Numbered from the whole stretch's first letter, positions 11,722 through 25,000 are shown. The stretch is 54,120 nt of DNA, filler included, from Sphacelaria rigidula (GCA_964200075.2; 3 parts of 3 records of this genome joined end to end with filler, not necessarily neighbours in it); one strand, 5' to 3'. Numbers and translations: made by a program. Notes: a model not told the origin generated them from the letters alone.

Positions 11722-11823
11722 GTTAGACCGCACTGCGGGTACGGTAGTCCATGCGGATCACTTATATTTTTTTTTCAAGTGAAATTTGATGTTGATTCAG
11801 GTGACCTCCCCTCGCGGTCTAAT
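11722..11823 (+). mobile_element. Degenerate piggyBac-type MITE copy
   Basis: TTAGACCGC...TTTTTCAAGTGAAATTTGATGTTGATTCAGGTGACCTCCCCTCGCGGTCTAA. Confidence 0.7.
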
Positions 11824-12542
11824 GAGGCCGAGATGAGGCAACATGACAGCAAGATTATGTCTCCAGTGGGCCCCCCTTGCCAGGCAGGAGGGGGGGGCAA
11901 TAGGGAGTCCTACAGCGAGCTCCTTCGCATTCGCTCAATCGCTCAGTGTGCTCACCCGGCTCGCTGCGGTCACCACAATTTTTCGAATCGAAATCGATAT
12001 CGACGGCTCATCAGAGGCCGTATCGTTTCAAGTTGGATTATTGATTCAACATGCAACACTAGGAAATACGACGCCGACCAAACAGTTGCCCACGCTGGGC
12101 TGTCTGCATCATGAGTCAAGGTTACGCCGGTCGATAAGCCAACGGTTCAATAAACATAACCGATTGAGTATTCGAGGGAAACGGACCTCCTAGAGCAGAA
12201 ATATTTCCGGAACAATTTCACCAACTGACCCTCGACGCCGACAACGCTGACCTTGTGGATGAGCGGATCATCTCCGGGTGCAAGCATCACGGCCCAAGGA
12301 CACCACACCATGTGTACTTTCGTTCTTCACTCAGAGCACTCGCTCTTGACATATTATGCGTGGTCCGCCTGGAGTCCACCTGAACGGTTTCCTCGCCCAA
12401 GGGGTTGAAACCTCTTCACGTGTTGAAGATCTTTACCGCACAAACCACGGTACACAGAGATCAAGTACATCACAGCACATGTATACTACTGCATCGGCAT
12501 GCCCAGATTGAAATCGAACCAACCGTCTGGAGATCACGCAGG

Positions 12543-12644
12543 TTAACTTTGACCGTGAGGGTCACTGCTGAATGGGCATCAATTTCACTTGAAAAAAGTA
12601 TAGGCGATCCAGATGGACCACTTGGATCGGGGTCCAAGAGTTAA
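12543..12644 (-). mobile_element. Degenerate piggyBac-type MITE copy flanked by TTAA on both sides
   Basis: TTAACTTTGACCGTGAGGG...GGCATCAATTTCACTTGAAAAAAGTAT...ATCCAGATGGAC...GGTCCAAGAGTTAA. Confidence 0.7.
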
Positions 12645-15600
12645 AACTCCGTAAGGTAATCTGTCGAGTAGGACCATTTCTGACCCAAAAAATGAGTGAA
12701 AAGACTTTTGACTCAGACGGCCAATCCCCACGGTCAAACCCCTTGACCAACCCATCAGTATCCTGTATTTGGTATCAGTGCATAGTCATGAGTTACTCGT
12801 ACATACACTGTGGGTAAGCTCACCGAATTCGACGGATTCCCTCCATGCCGAACTACTCGCCGGCTCTGCTGGTGCTGTGTACTTCAGTATTGACCCCACA
12901 AACACCTGTAAAGGGGCACGACAGGCACTTGATGAGAGAAAGTGCTGCACTGGCGAACACAGGACAGAGAGTAGAATACACTGTACCTAAGTAGTGCGGC
13001 GACCGTACACATGCCGACTACATTTCCGTCGCGACCATTGAAGGCGAAATACACCCGTAGCGCTGGAGCTAGGGCAAGGTATGAATGGCATGAGCACTGA
13101 TCGTAAAAGCGTCTTCCGTGTTAAACACGTATCTTCGCCGTGGACTTTCTACCTCTCCTCCCCCACCAAAATATTTGCTTACAAAATCCTTGCGCAACTC
13201 GAGTAAATGATATGTACTTCGTGAAGTCAACCGTCTACGCACGCGACTGAGAAAGCACGAAGAGCAAACAACTCTTGTGGAGAAATCGCGAGGAATCGAG
13301 GAGTACCGCAACGAAAATGAAATAATTTATCGTTTGCAACATCCTGTGACTAGCCTGAGGGATTCGTAGTGGTCAGCACACCGAAAAAGTCGGTCAATGA
13401 TGACAGCAAACCAAATATGACGGAATGCTACCCGAGACCACCAGTCACAGCATTGCAACAAACATGAACAAAGAAAAAACTGCGCGGAGAGGGGCCCGGG
13501 CTGGACGAATAAAGCCTGCTGGTGAAAAGTAGATGCACGACTCTCACTTCCTCTACGCAACATGATCACACTATGGACAAAATATGCTCAATAGTTGCAG
13601 TAGACAAGAAACGTACCGCATAAAGTCGAGTCTTAGTGCGACTATTTTCAGCCGGCAATAGTGACAATCGGCCTATACTTCATATAGCACACTTCTCGTC
13701 GATCGCATCATTTGACAATACATTGTCAAGGGTGTGAGCATGGTCAAAGCTAGGGAATGACTAGACAGTAGACAGATATGAGGTGTCATGCTGCACAGGC
13801 AGCATGCCCATCTCGTAAGGTATGGAATATACACGACAAGTATACCGTACTGAACTGTACACAGCGTGGCTATAGCTGAGTGGTGCACGCGTGCACCTCA
13901 CAAGCTAGCCTACCGCACAAGCTCTGGGTAGAGGACTACTCTATTCCGATCTATACTCGAAATATAGCGCAACGGTAGAGGGCGGTAAGAAACTGCGAAC
14001 GCCATTTGTTCCCGTGGGACACCTAGCTGTACGTACGGTATGCCCAGTTGCCTCCGCAAGTAGTTGAACAACACGGCCGTTCCGCCACGACTGTAAGAAC
14101 GCCTTATAGTATTACGGTACATTTTGTCCCCTACTAGACTGCAAACTCACTTTCCGGGGATGTGGTTGTAGGCGCGCGTTACCCAAGTAGTAGCTCTCTC
14201 AACTAAATTACATATTTAGATGCAAGTAGCGCTGCTCGTGACATGATGAACAATTGTTCAGGCAGACATCATCTTCTCGTAGGCCCGATACCGCGTTACC
14301 GAAGAAATATGAAATATCCAATCCTTTCCCTGCCAGCAGCAGTCGCCACTTGCACCAGTCAACAGCTCTATAAATAAACGGTGCTGCCCGAGTTCCTTCA
14401 ACACAGAGTCAACCGATGACGAAAAGCCGCTTTGATTTAACTAGGCTACAGAGTTTCTGTACAGCACCGCTCAAAAGATTCGAATATGAACGGAACCAAC
14501 AGTGTTCTTCGAAGTCATGTGAAGGAACATGGGAAACCGGGAGTCAATCCATCAACATACACCCCCGTGAGACGGCAAATGGAACCCGGTCCTGTTCACT
14601 GATCTCGAACTTTTGATGCATTCATCCAGTAGTGGGACCCATCGGGTACTTCTTCGCGGAACAGGGCAAGGTGCAGCAGCCATAACAACCAGACGCGCAC
14701 GACGCTGTCGTCTACTGTATGACTTCACTGTTCTCAAAAATTGGAAGGTAGAACCTTGGGGTGGGCGAATATTTCTAGGAAAAATCTGCGCCCAGACCGT
14801 GGACCGTCAACGCGTACAGCAACTGTCAACCATGTGCGAATTACCCCAGGGTCTTGAAGCGAAGCTCCGATCGAAAACAAAAATGACGGTTGTAGTGCAC
14901 GGCGGGCACCACCCCGTGATCAAAGTCCAGCCGAGGGAAACGGTGCATGTACCATCTATGTCTGAAGCAAACAGGACTCCGCGGTACACATAACCTTCAT
15001 GACCAACAGCAGTATATTTTTACAACAGAAGATATAACAGGTACACTACAAATGCCATAAGCTTGGATCGGGTTGATGGTCGGACGGCAACGTTTTTGTT
15101 GGCCGTGAATACTCACTACCCCCCCTGTCTCCTTCCTTAAGCGCTTGCTCACCTGTACAAATCCATCGTCGCCTGGTGCTTCCCGCCCGTCACACCCCAC
15201 CGCCCCTCTCTGGTCATCGCATGTGTACTCGGGATACAGAATCCGGGACACAGTAACTCGTAACCAACAACTATCAACCGACCCCTCATCACACCGTGGC
15301 AACGTATTTCTCGTCTCCGTCCAATGATCCTCCTCTCCTCTAAAAACATTTCCCTGGACGGGGCAGTGATTGACACAAGAGAGAAAATGTGGTTGGGCTG
15401 TGCTGTGTTAGTTGGTTGTCATGCACATTCCTCGGGATAGAAGAGCAAAAAACTTTTCGTTCCCCATGTACTGCAGACAACGGCAGTGCACACAGCGGTC
15501 GGTCTTGATGAAATCGACTCGGAGGTACAGTCAGTAAGAGCACTACCTTTGCCCTCCTGAAATGTTATCTTATGTTTTGTGTACAGTATAAAACAGGTCA

Positions 15601-15994
15601 TAGCACTCAGGTACAAAACGCTCGAAGGACCGGAGAACTGATGACGTCGAATTTTCCCTCATAATCGAGCACCATCGGTCCCGACTGAGCGACACCCTCG
15701 AAAAGCGGTTAGGAATTGGATATCCCGTCGGATCGTGTAGAACTCACGCGCAACGGGGACATGACCATAAACAGCGTTTACGCATCACTAAAAGCACAAG
15801 GACATGATTAATCTAGCCAACACAATCATCAGAAATGCGCGCGAGTGCCATGCCCGCTCCAGACGGTGACAGCTTGCACTGTTCCATCACTCATCGTCCA
15901 AAGAGCGGAAAACAAAAGGAGCCACTGAACTTTCACCTTCATCTATAAAAGACCCTTCACTTGAGGGGAGAATGTCGCTAAAATATTTACTTAC

Positions 15995-16069
15995 ATTTGC
16001 GATATTCGGCGATGCCTGTGCTGCCACCGCAATGCCCGTGAGAACGAGGGCAGGAATCGCCAACCCCAT
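15995..16069 (-). CDS. Probable first exon encoding a signal peptide (MGLAIPALVLTGIAVAAQASPNIAN); possibly exon 1 of the mucin-like gene
   Basis: ATG at 16069, hydrophobic core with an AQA|S cleavage-like motif, perfect donor AAT|GTAAGT at 15994. Phase 0 matches the phase-0 acceptor at 2990. Linkage across ~13 kb is an inference. Confidence 0.55.
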
Positions 16070-17019
16070 TATCCTCCTACTCCTCTCCCAATAATCCCCT
16101 TCCCTCCTGGCTGCGCTGCGCTCCCAAAACCAGCCACGCCCCGAAGGTGGACGATATATCCTGACCTTCCCTGCCGTATTCCCACAAGACCCTGGCCGTA
16201 AAGTTCGGAAAGCAGACTGACCGTCAGTCAGTAGATGGCCCGAACCCTCCGAGGGGAAGAGGGGGGAAAACGAAGAAACCCAAGTCCTCGCTGTGGCCTA
16301 GCTCCAGGCCCAACTTGCTCCCGTTCAGTAAAGAATGGTACTAGCTAGTTTTCCTTCTCCTTCCCCTCTCCCCACCCCACCCCACCCCACCCCCACCGGC
16401 ACTCTTGCGAGGTGCTGCTTCTCTTCGAGTACTTGTTTGCTCACGACACCAAAAAAAGAGGAAGCAGCCTTGCCCAGGTCAAGACTGCCCTCCTAGTCAG
16501 TGACAAGCACACCACTCAGAACACACACGCAGACCGGGGTGGTGTGCTTCCTCCTTCCGCAAGCGATGCACTGGTTTCGCTGGGACGGCCCTCTGCTACA
16601 ACGTCAAGCAAAGTATTCTACAGTACATGCGTTGCAGTCGTGCGACCGTTTGGAGGTTTCGGTGTGTTACTCTCGGCAATATTTTGAGTCTCGGAGAAGA
16701 ACAGAAAACCATTCAAGAAGTCTCATGAATTCACAATGAAATTGTACTTATATGAGAACCCCTGGGCGGAAGACAGGAACACGCCAACTTACGACATATA
16801 TCGGTAGAAAGTCGAAAGTCGAAAGTTTGAAGTGTCAGTAATAATACCGACTGTAACCGTTGATTGTTGTAATGTCGCCTGTACATTATACGGCGCACAC
16901 GGTTGATTCGACTTGCGACAGCGTTGCGTAGAGAGCCATTGCTGCTGGCGAGGCACACTATGCGCGGTAATGCAGGCAATGTTGTTCTCTTGTTTGGTAT
17001 CGCCACATCGCACTGAGAG

Positions 17020-17331
17020 GCCGGTCGCCCCGATGGCTCAGTTGGTAACCCTCGTGACCTTCTTCTGGTGGTTGAGGAGTGGTATTCAATTCCTGGAACG
17101 ATCTCTAGGGTTTTTTCTCACAACATACCGAACAGTAGAGAGCGACGATGTCATTGGTACACAAAATTTGACTAAACGGTCGACGAGGGGAAGGGACTGC
17201 TAAACCCCTCTCGCGATAAAAAATAAAGGCAAGCACTGCAGAAGGAGGGGTACTAAAACCAAAGAAAAAAAGAAAAAACCTCCTGTGTGACCCCGGCTGG
17301 TGCGTCCACATATACCGAAAGGCGCAGACCA
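17020..17331 (+). mobile_element. tRNA-derived SINE-like element, copy 1
   Basis: A box TGGCTCAGTTGG (17034-17045) and a degenerate B box; the body aligns over ~310 bp with 43366-43684 (minus strand). Confidence 0.75.
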
Positions 17332-17979
17332 ACCAGCTCACACGAATTATAAAATGATATTGCATTGTTTATTATTATTTTCTAGAAATAATAACGCAAT
17401 GGCGATAATAGTGTAATAATGATGATGATGGGAGCATTTGGAATACTCGTACTCGGAAGTGTGTATTTCTTTGATGAAAATGAATGACACAACCGAAGAG
17501 ACAATAATTGTTGGGTGAGAGAGATCAGCAAACAAGTAGAAAATTGCACAATATTTTATCATGCCTCCTCGGTCCTGTACGTACACACCTCCGACCTCAG
17601 TTCCTTCCCATAATTGATCATCCTGTTCCCATTTTCCATGGTCAATCCCGTGCCATCAAAAAAACGCGTTTTCAACATTATTATTTGTAATCGAGCTTGA
17701 TGTCACATTTGACGGAGGGGGAAATAATTTTTCGTTACTTACACTGATGATCCTGAGGCATTTGCCCTCTGAAATGACATAAAAGCGTTTTCCGAAACTC
17801 TCTTACATATTGATAGTACAGTACAATATTATTGTCTCTCCCTTATCCAAAAAATTTCATTAAATCCCAACCAACCGTTCAACCATCAATCCTCAAACAA
17901 TCTTGAATCAATTAATAACTAAATATATATTATACGAGCTGGGCCAGCCCAGAAACGGATTTATCCTGGCAGAGCAATA

Positions 17980-18079
17980 NNNNNNNNNNNNNNNNNNNNN
18001 NNNNNNNNNNNNNNNNNNNNNNNTTAATTAATTAANNNNNNNNNNNNNNNNNNNNNNNNNNNNNNNNNNNNNNNNNNNN
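17980..18079. other. Artificial scaffold-joining linker (N44-TTAATTAATTAA-N44)
   Basis: Exactly 100 nt; the core has stop codons in all six frames; identical to the linker at 36051-36150. Confidence 0.97.
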
Positions 18080-18773
18080 TGAGTACACCCCCCCCCTCCC
18101 CCGGAGAGGCCCAAAGTAAAAAAGCGGGTACGTGGATATCGAAAATTAATTACATCGCACACCATTGTCTCGCTCTTCACTTTCCTGTGATTGTTCTTGT
18201 CTTTTGTTTCCATCTCTTCCCTTTTTGAGTGTCCTCAGCGAGTCTTCCATTCCGAATACCTTAGATACGTATGTATTGTGACTAACCACGGGCGGATTCG
18301 TAGTGGTTGAGTTAGGCTGCGACAATCAGCCAGCCAATCAATAACTTTCGCCGACCATGTCAATTAGTTTTGTGTATTCAGTCGGAAATTATCCGTTCAT
18401 CACCGGATATGTTGGGTGACATACACTTCCGGGGATCACTCCAGCTACGGCGCCAGTAGCACCCTTTTATATTCAATTATACAGCTATAACAGTACAGTA
18501 GAATTCCAATGAACAATCAAGTGATCCACAATCCTTCAGCCTTTGCACCTCATGGCTAAACACGCTGTATGACCCTTCAACCGCAGACAAATACATGCCT
18601 TCGTTTTTATCGCTCTTGTCATACATGACAAACAAACGAAGCGACAACAATGCGCATAGCTCCAAGCAGGTTCGAGCCTACAAGAATACACGGCAAAAAA
18701 CTCACGAAGGCATACATCCCAAAATAGTCGTCTGAATTGTCTCATCGCTTGATCCTTCGTCGGCGCTACGATA

Positions 18774-18954
18774 TTACGATCCTGGGGCGACTCGTCGAGT
18801 GCGACCTGCTGCCGAATCACCTCGTTTCAGCCGCGATGCTACATGTTTTGGGGCGTCCTCTTCGACGGCGAAGTCGTAGTCAATCATGCCGTAACCGCAC
18901 TGACTACAAGTGGTGCCTCCACGTTCTCGCGCTCCGCAACGGCCGCAGACCACC

Positions 18955-19001
<47 letters not shown>

Positions 19002-22000
19002 TCATGGGCAAAAGACGGAGAGGGACGATGTTACCATTGATTCCTGTCATAATCTCATTTCCCGTTCACCTCCATAGTAGAGTGCCTAGGTTTGGTCTGG
19101 CCTTCCCTATCTTTTCTGGGGTCGTCGAATACTTCGGGGGAAGTAGACCAAATTGAATTTATATATACGATGTATGTAAGACATGTGTCCTCTCACCAGG
19201 GCTTGTTAATCAAGACTAGAAGAGTTTGGAATGATGAGCAGGTCTTAGTGCCAGAGCAACAGCCGGCGAACGTACATTTACACTTGCGAGGATGCGTCAA
19301 GAGTGTTGTCCATGTACATGAGCATTCCAGCACTGCCCCTTGATCGTCACCAGTAGTCAAAAAGACTACTGCTGGGATAAAAAGCCCCGCAAATCGACTA
19401 CAAACTGGTTATCCTTTGTCTGGCGTGGAGTGTTGAGTGAGCGGTCTCATTCTTTCTGACACCATACTTACATAATTGAAAGGCCCCAGGGTCTGCAGCA
19501 AGCTTGTCGCCAACGCCGAGCAAGTTTCCCTCGCCTCCCCTTGCATATTCCGGGTCAGCGTAACGGCGCTCTCTTGCAACACACCGCCTACCCCAATCTC
19601 GTCGATTTGATCGAGGCCAAGATCCACGTTTTTTGCGCCCAGGCCTCGACGACTCGCTCCTTGGCTGCTGCTAGTAGCGCTACTGCCACTACCAGGACGT
19701 CGTTTTGCCGTCGAGCTAATGGCTATTGTTGCGCCTGTCTGTCCACCTCCACTGGACATTGTGATGGCTGCGTTTTGAGGAAGCAGAGTGACATAAGTCA
19801 CTCGGCGTCTGATGAATAAAAGTAATAATTTCGCCTGGTGAATCTGGTGTATGATGTAAGATGCATACTAAGCAAAATATAAAACAAATTACCTGTATCC
19901 AATCGGCTTCCTGCTCCCTTATCTTCGGCAGCATCGATGAGTTGATCCAGCCCTACTCTGATCAGTCGTCTGCAGGCCTTCTCGTTTCCGAGACAAGCGG
20001 TTATGAGAGCCGTCAGGACACCCTCGGCAACACGCCACTCGCCGGCTGAGCGCGAGACGCGACAAAGCTGCGTGTTGTGCAGCACAGAAGTATACAGCAG
20101 CATACAGGACGTGATTCAGTACATTGCAAAATTGCTGGAACTTACACATTCTGAGGGGCAATATTACAGAGGATAGCCTCAAAATCAGCCAACCACACCC
20201 ACCACCATCATCACCATCATCACCATTGAAACGCGAATAATTGGCGTCTTCCTGTTGCTTACCTCTGTAAGCGTTTCTAATCCGCCGGCATGCAGGAAAC
20301 GATTTGTGTTGGAGTTGTTGTTGTGCAGACAATTCCTCAGGCTCCAGGCTACGGGTTCGAGGAGGGCTGACTCCGCCTTCTTCTCTGAGTTACACATTTG
20401 CAGCAGCACTTCCACTCCCCCAGTGTCCCCCATTTCGCGCTGTTTCTTCTTGTCCGTCCATATCTGAAGAACAACACATGTCAGTAACGCGCGCAAGGCG
20501 GGGATTGGGATAAAACTACTACTCGACATGCAGATTGGCCCTGAAACACGGCAATTACAAATTTGGGATGAATTTATTTGGGGGGATGAAGACTCAGAGA
20601 ATTAAAGTCTTCGTTTACACATCAAATCTTCGAAATACGGTTCCATTTCTTCACTTGCTGGTAGCTATTGACGACTACTACACGCCATACAAATTTGGAT
20701 TTCGATAACCGAAATACCGGGATCCTAGGTGAAAAACCAATTTTGGTGTCCGATCGGAATCACCTAAACCCCCCAAAATTGGTTTTTCACCTAGGACCTC
20801 GACATTTCAATCATCTAAATCCAAATCGGTATGGTGTGTAGTAGTTAGTTGTCAATAGCTAGCAGCAAGTGAAGAAATTGAGCCATTTCTCGAAGATTTG
20901 GTGTGGATACGGAGATTTAAATTCTCCGGGTTCTCATCCCCAATGAATAATCCATCCCCAATTTGCAAAAGCCTGCGTCCTGAGCGAATGTTCCCGAACA
21001 ATTGAACAGTATCTTCACGTGTTGACAGTCCTAGTAAATGCAACCTCTCTCACCTCTTGGGCGAGTTGCTCAGCCGCTGCCTTTTGTGCTGTGAGGTTTT
21101 CTTCCATCTGCACAATGCCTAAAAGGTGTGGAATCTCCAGTTGTTCATTCTTACCGCCCTCAGCCTCATTCGTCTCGCAATTCTCGGCGTCCGAGCTGCC
21201 GAGCGCTGCGAGTATTCTAGCAGCCAAATCTTGCTCCTGACAATAACGGCGCACGGCGAAACTGTGGAGGACACGTCGCATACTCCGTCCACTTCCGAAA
21301 GGCGGGAAGTAGTGTCACGTCAGGTTCATGACAGGTGGGTGAGGTTCAGCCTTCTCATATTTCCATCCTCTCGCGCTTTCGCAGGATACGTTTCTCGGGG
21401 AAGGCGTGTCGTTTAGACAAGCATTGGACCAAGGTATCCTTGGGAGGGTCGCCCTCAATGGCTCGTGACCGATCAGGATTTCATTGCAGGGGTAATAAAA
21501 ATCGTGCTGTGTTATCTATTTAACGGTGCGTTCAACCACGGATATAGTTTCACGAACGCGAGGTATCGCGCTGCGAGTTACCTGTCGAAACACCCAAAAT
21601 ACCTCTCGTTGTCTTGAGCATCAGAGGAGAACAAGACCGCCATTTGGCTCATGTCTCACGAGATCAAGAATGTAAAGTGAGCTAGCTGCAAAGTGCGTGA
21701 ACCCCCTGTGCTGTTGGTATACTTGCTCGGGTTTGAACAAGAGCTCAGCGATTGTCGACCGTTGTTTTCCGTGAACGTCTGGAATCCTTAATATCTAACG
21801 GGGTTGGACTCTTCATTTTTATTCTGAAACTTCGTCTGGTCCCACGATCACGCATGTCGCAGAAAGATTCACTCGAGATGCGAGCCATCAGATGAAATAA
21901 CGGACTCCTTATCTCTTTATATATGGCACGGTGAAAGGGTCCTCTGATCTATTTTACAGCGAAAACGACCTAGTGTGGTGTTCAGTACCGTCGCACCTCC

Positions 22001-25000
22001 TGGTCATCCGAACCTAACAAGGCCACCGACGCCTCCACCCCCCCAGCGGACACAACCACGGGCTTGAATTTATCGCGAAGAGACACGTTCAGTAGTGCCA
22101 ATGCTGCAGCGTGACGAACGGGTGCGGGTATGAAGTCGCGAAGCTTCTCTATCAGTACCGGAATGCAACCCCCCTCCGTGAGCACCATCAAGATGCGATC
22201 GACATAGGTGAGCGATACCAGGCACCGGAGCGCTGCCTCTTGGATCGGATGAGAGTGTTCACTGCCGCAGTACCTGCTTAGTGATACGATTTTTGGCGTT
22301 TGCGGGTTGGGAACCCAACCCGAAGGGGAGGGGGGGGGGGGAGGGGGTATCTTATTTCGCATTCGATTTTCACAACACACGGTGAAACTGCTTCTTGGAA
22401 ACGCTCACATATCAGGACCGTTTGAAACCCAGGTTTAGTTAGCTGCTGGATCTTTTCTCATGCTAGGGTGAGGGTGGGGCAGAAGAAGGATATGTGTCAC
22501 CTTCAATGGTTGAATTGTGGTCAACGAAGGTGCAACGGCTACCGTGGCCAGAAATAAGACATTTCGACCACACGTCTGGTGCTTGAAGTTTGAGATTCCG
22601 AACAGTTGGTCGACCTCGTTCGTGTCAGGCCCGGTTTTAAAAATCGGAAACGGAGTTACTTGTTCATTTCATGAAGGTCTCCCATTCACATTTTCCACTT
22701 TTTTTTATTATTTCTTCTTTCAGAACCTGAGGCGGTTTCCCGCCATTGCAGTGGTCGTTTTCATTTCCATATTCGTAGAGTTGGCAACCCCGAAAAAAGG
22801 CCCCTTTTCTCCGGTAATCCAGTTTGGGCCACGCACGGCCTCGATGCTGCTGCACACAACAAGACTGCGCTGCAGGGAGATGTGTTTTTCCTGTCCTTGG
22901 GGGTGATCATGATGATAGCTGCCGCTTGCACCGCTGGCATGTCATTGTGAGATGGGATGGGAAATGTGGGAGTGTGGACGTGAGTCCAAACCGTTTATCA
23001 TGGAATGGTCTTTTTCCCTTTTTTTGGAGTGGAAAAGCGAAAACCCGATGAGATGTTTCCCAATGTACCCCCACCGTTAGGAACAGGTTCCTACGTCGCA
23101 TTTTTCCCTTCACAGATTCCCGAAGAGAAGCTGTTGCGGACCTGAAGACTTGGCATCTGAGACGTCCTGCTTGGTAGTGTATCAGTATAGCTATGTCGCA
23201 ACCTGCTTTCACAATCTTGTTAGTAGCACAGCGTCCCTACCTCAAGCCCTGGTAAAGCCTGTCGGACTTGTTCCTCCGGGACCAGTGCTAGTTTTTTTTA
23301 TGCTGTCTAGGTCAGGTTACCCTGCATGTTGTCTCCCTCTTTCGTTTTTATGCCGTCCGTTTTCTCCAAAGTATTTCCGAGAGTGTTTCCGTTGCTTTGC
23401 CCTTGACATACATATATTTTGAGTGACCACGGCTGCGTTCGTGGCGAATCAGCTAGTGCTAATGTGACGATCATCAATCAAACAATTGATCACAGTCCTG
23501 ACACGTAGATTGCAAAGTATTTCGCGCGATAGTAGTGGCACTTGTAGCTCACCGGAGCAGATCCAACACAGCCCCCTCTGCTTGCTCTACCCTTCGTCGA
23601 TTGGGCTCGTGGAAGAAGAGGGCATTGCCGAGGCATACCAAGGCATTCGTACGCACCGGAAGTAACGTCGAGGACGTCAAGGAGAGCAGCTGGGGGGTGA
23701 AGCGACCGATACGCTCCTGAGAAACGAAGTGTCATTCGCGTATGACCGCGTGTGTTTTTAACGGTTTTGTATGGAGTAGGGTTCAACTCGCGTATCGACG
23801 TGTGCGACAGAAGGGGAACTTCGAAACACTTCATAAGCTTGCGTTATACAAGCGAACAAGTTGGGCACACGGGCGACGTACAGTACTCGATGCAACATAA
23901 ATGCACGCGCATTGTCGAATTTTGTCATGAAACGTACTGCCACACAGCACGAGAATAGCCGGAAGCTAAGCAGATATCAACGTATTTGGCAGGCTTAACG
24001 CGTGTGCGTGCATGCACCTGGTTTCTCGGATCCCAGGCTAGGTTTCCTAATGCCCAAAGAGCATTGGCGCGAACCACGCCGTCGTCAGTATCACACAGGG
24101 AAAACAAGGCCTCCACCGCGCCTGCTTCTCCCGCTGCCGCGCGATGAACGTCTGTTTGGCTTACATTGCCCAAGACTAAAGCGGCATGCCGTTTCACCTA
24201 TTGTCGTTTGTCGGGCAGCGACAGCGCAACAAACCTGTTGAATCGAATCTAACGCAGCCAGTGGCGAGATCGAGATGTGCACTTGTAACCGCCGGGAAGC
24301 ATCTTGAGATCACGCTGAGTACGAACGCGATAAATATTATCACTGAACACGAACACCTCCAACTTCCAACAACCCTAAACAGTTACGGAGCAGTACCCTG
24401 CCGCGTCCCGATGGTCTAATTGATACAGCTGAAACCCCTCAGTCTGGATGAACGAGGGTACCATTGTCGGCAGATGCAATCGAAAGTTGTCTGCCTTCAA
24501 TCAGTGTGGAAAACGTGAGAACGTGAAGAGCATCGAACATGTATTTCACAAGAGTCGACGCGGTGTGGGAGTACTGATAGTCATGATCCAATCCGCGATA
24601 CCAAAGTGCCAGGCGTGCACTGCGGGAGAGATGCGTTGATCCCGTGAGACCACGTGCTCGTCTCGAGGAAAGGGAAGGGATGACCGTGCGACCGATAAAA
24701 CCAACGGCTCACTTTCGTTACGCAATTACGAGGTTGGTAGCGTTTACCAGGGTGTCTAGCAACCATGCTGACGTACGGTAATTTTGGGGTGCTAACTGGC
24801 CACCCTGGTACTCATTGGTACAGGAACCAGCCTCCACGGCAATGCACGGTAGATTTTGGACGGTATCTTTTGGTTTGGTTTTGGGCGATACCTGGCCACC
24901 CTGGTACTCCTTGGTACGGGAATCAGCCACCACGGCAAAGTACGGTATTTTTGGTTTCTTGCGTTTATTTCTCCTGCGTGTGGCAACCCACGGCTACAGC

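Noticed and set aside
18737..19156. Poly-Val/poly-Leu membrane peptide ORFs
   Set aside because: Translation of the (GTT)15 microsatellite on the non-coding strand.
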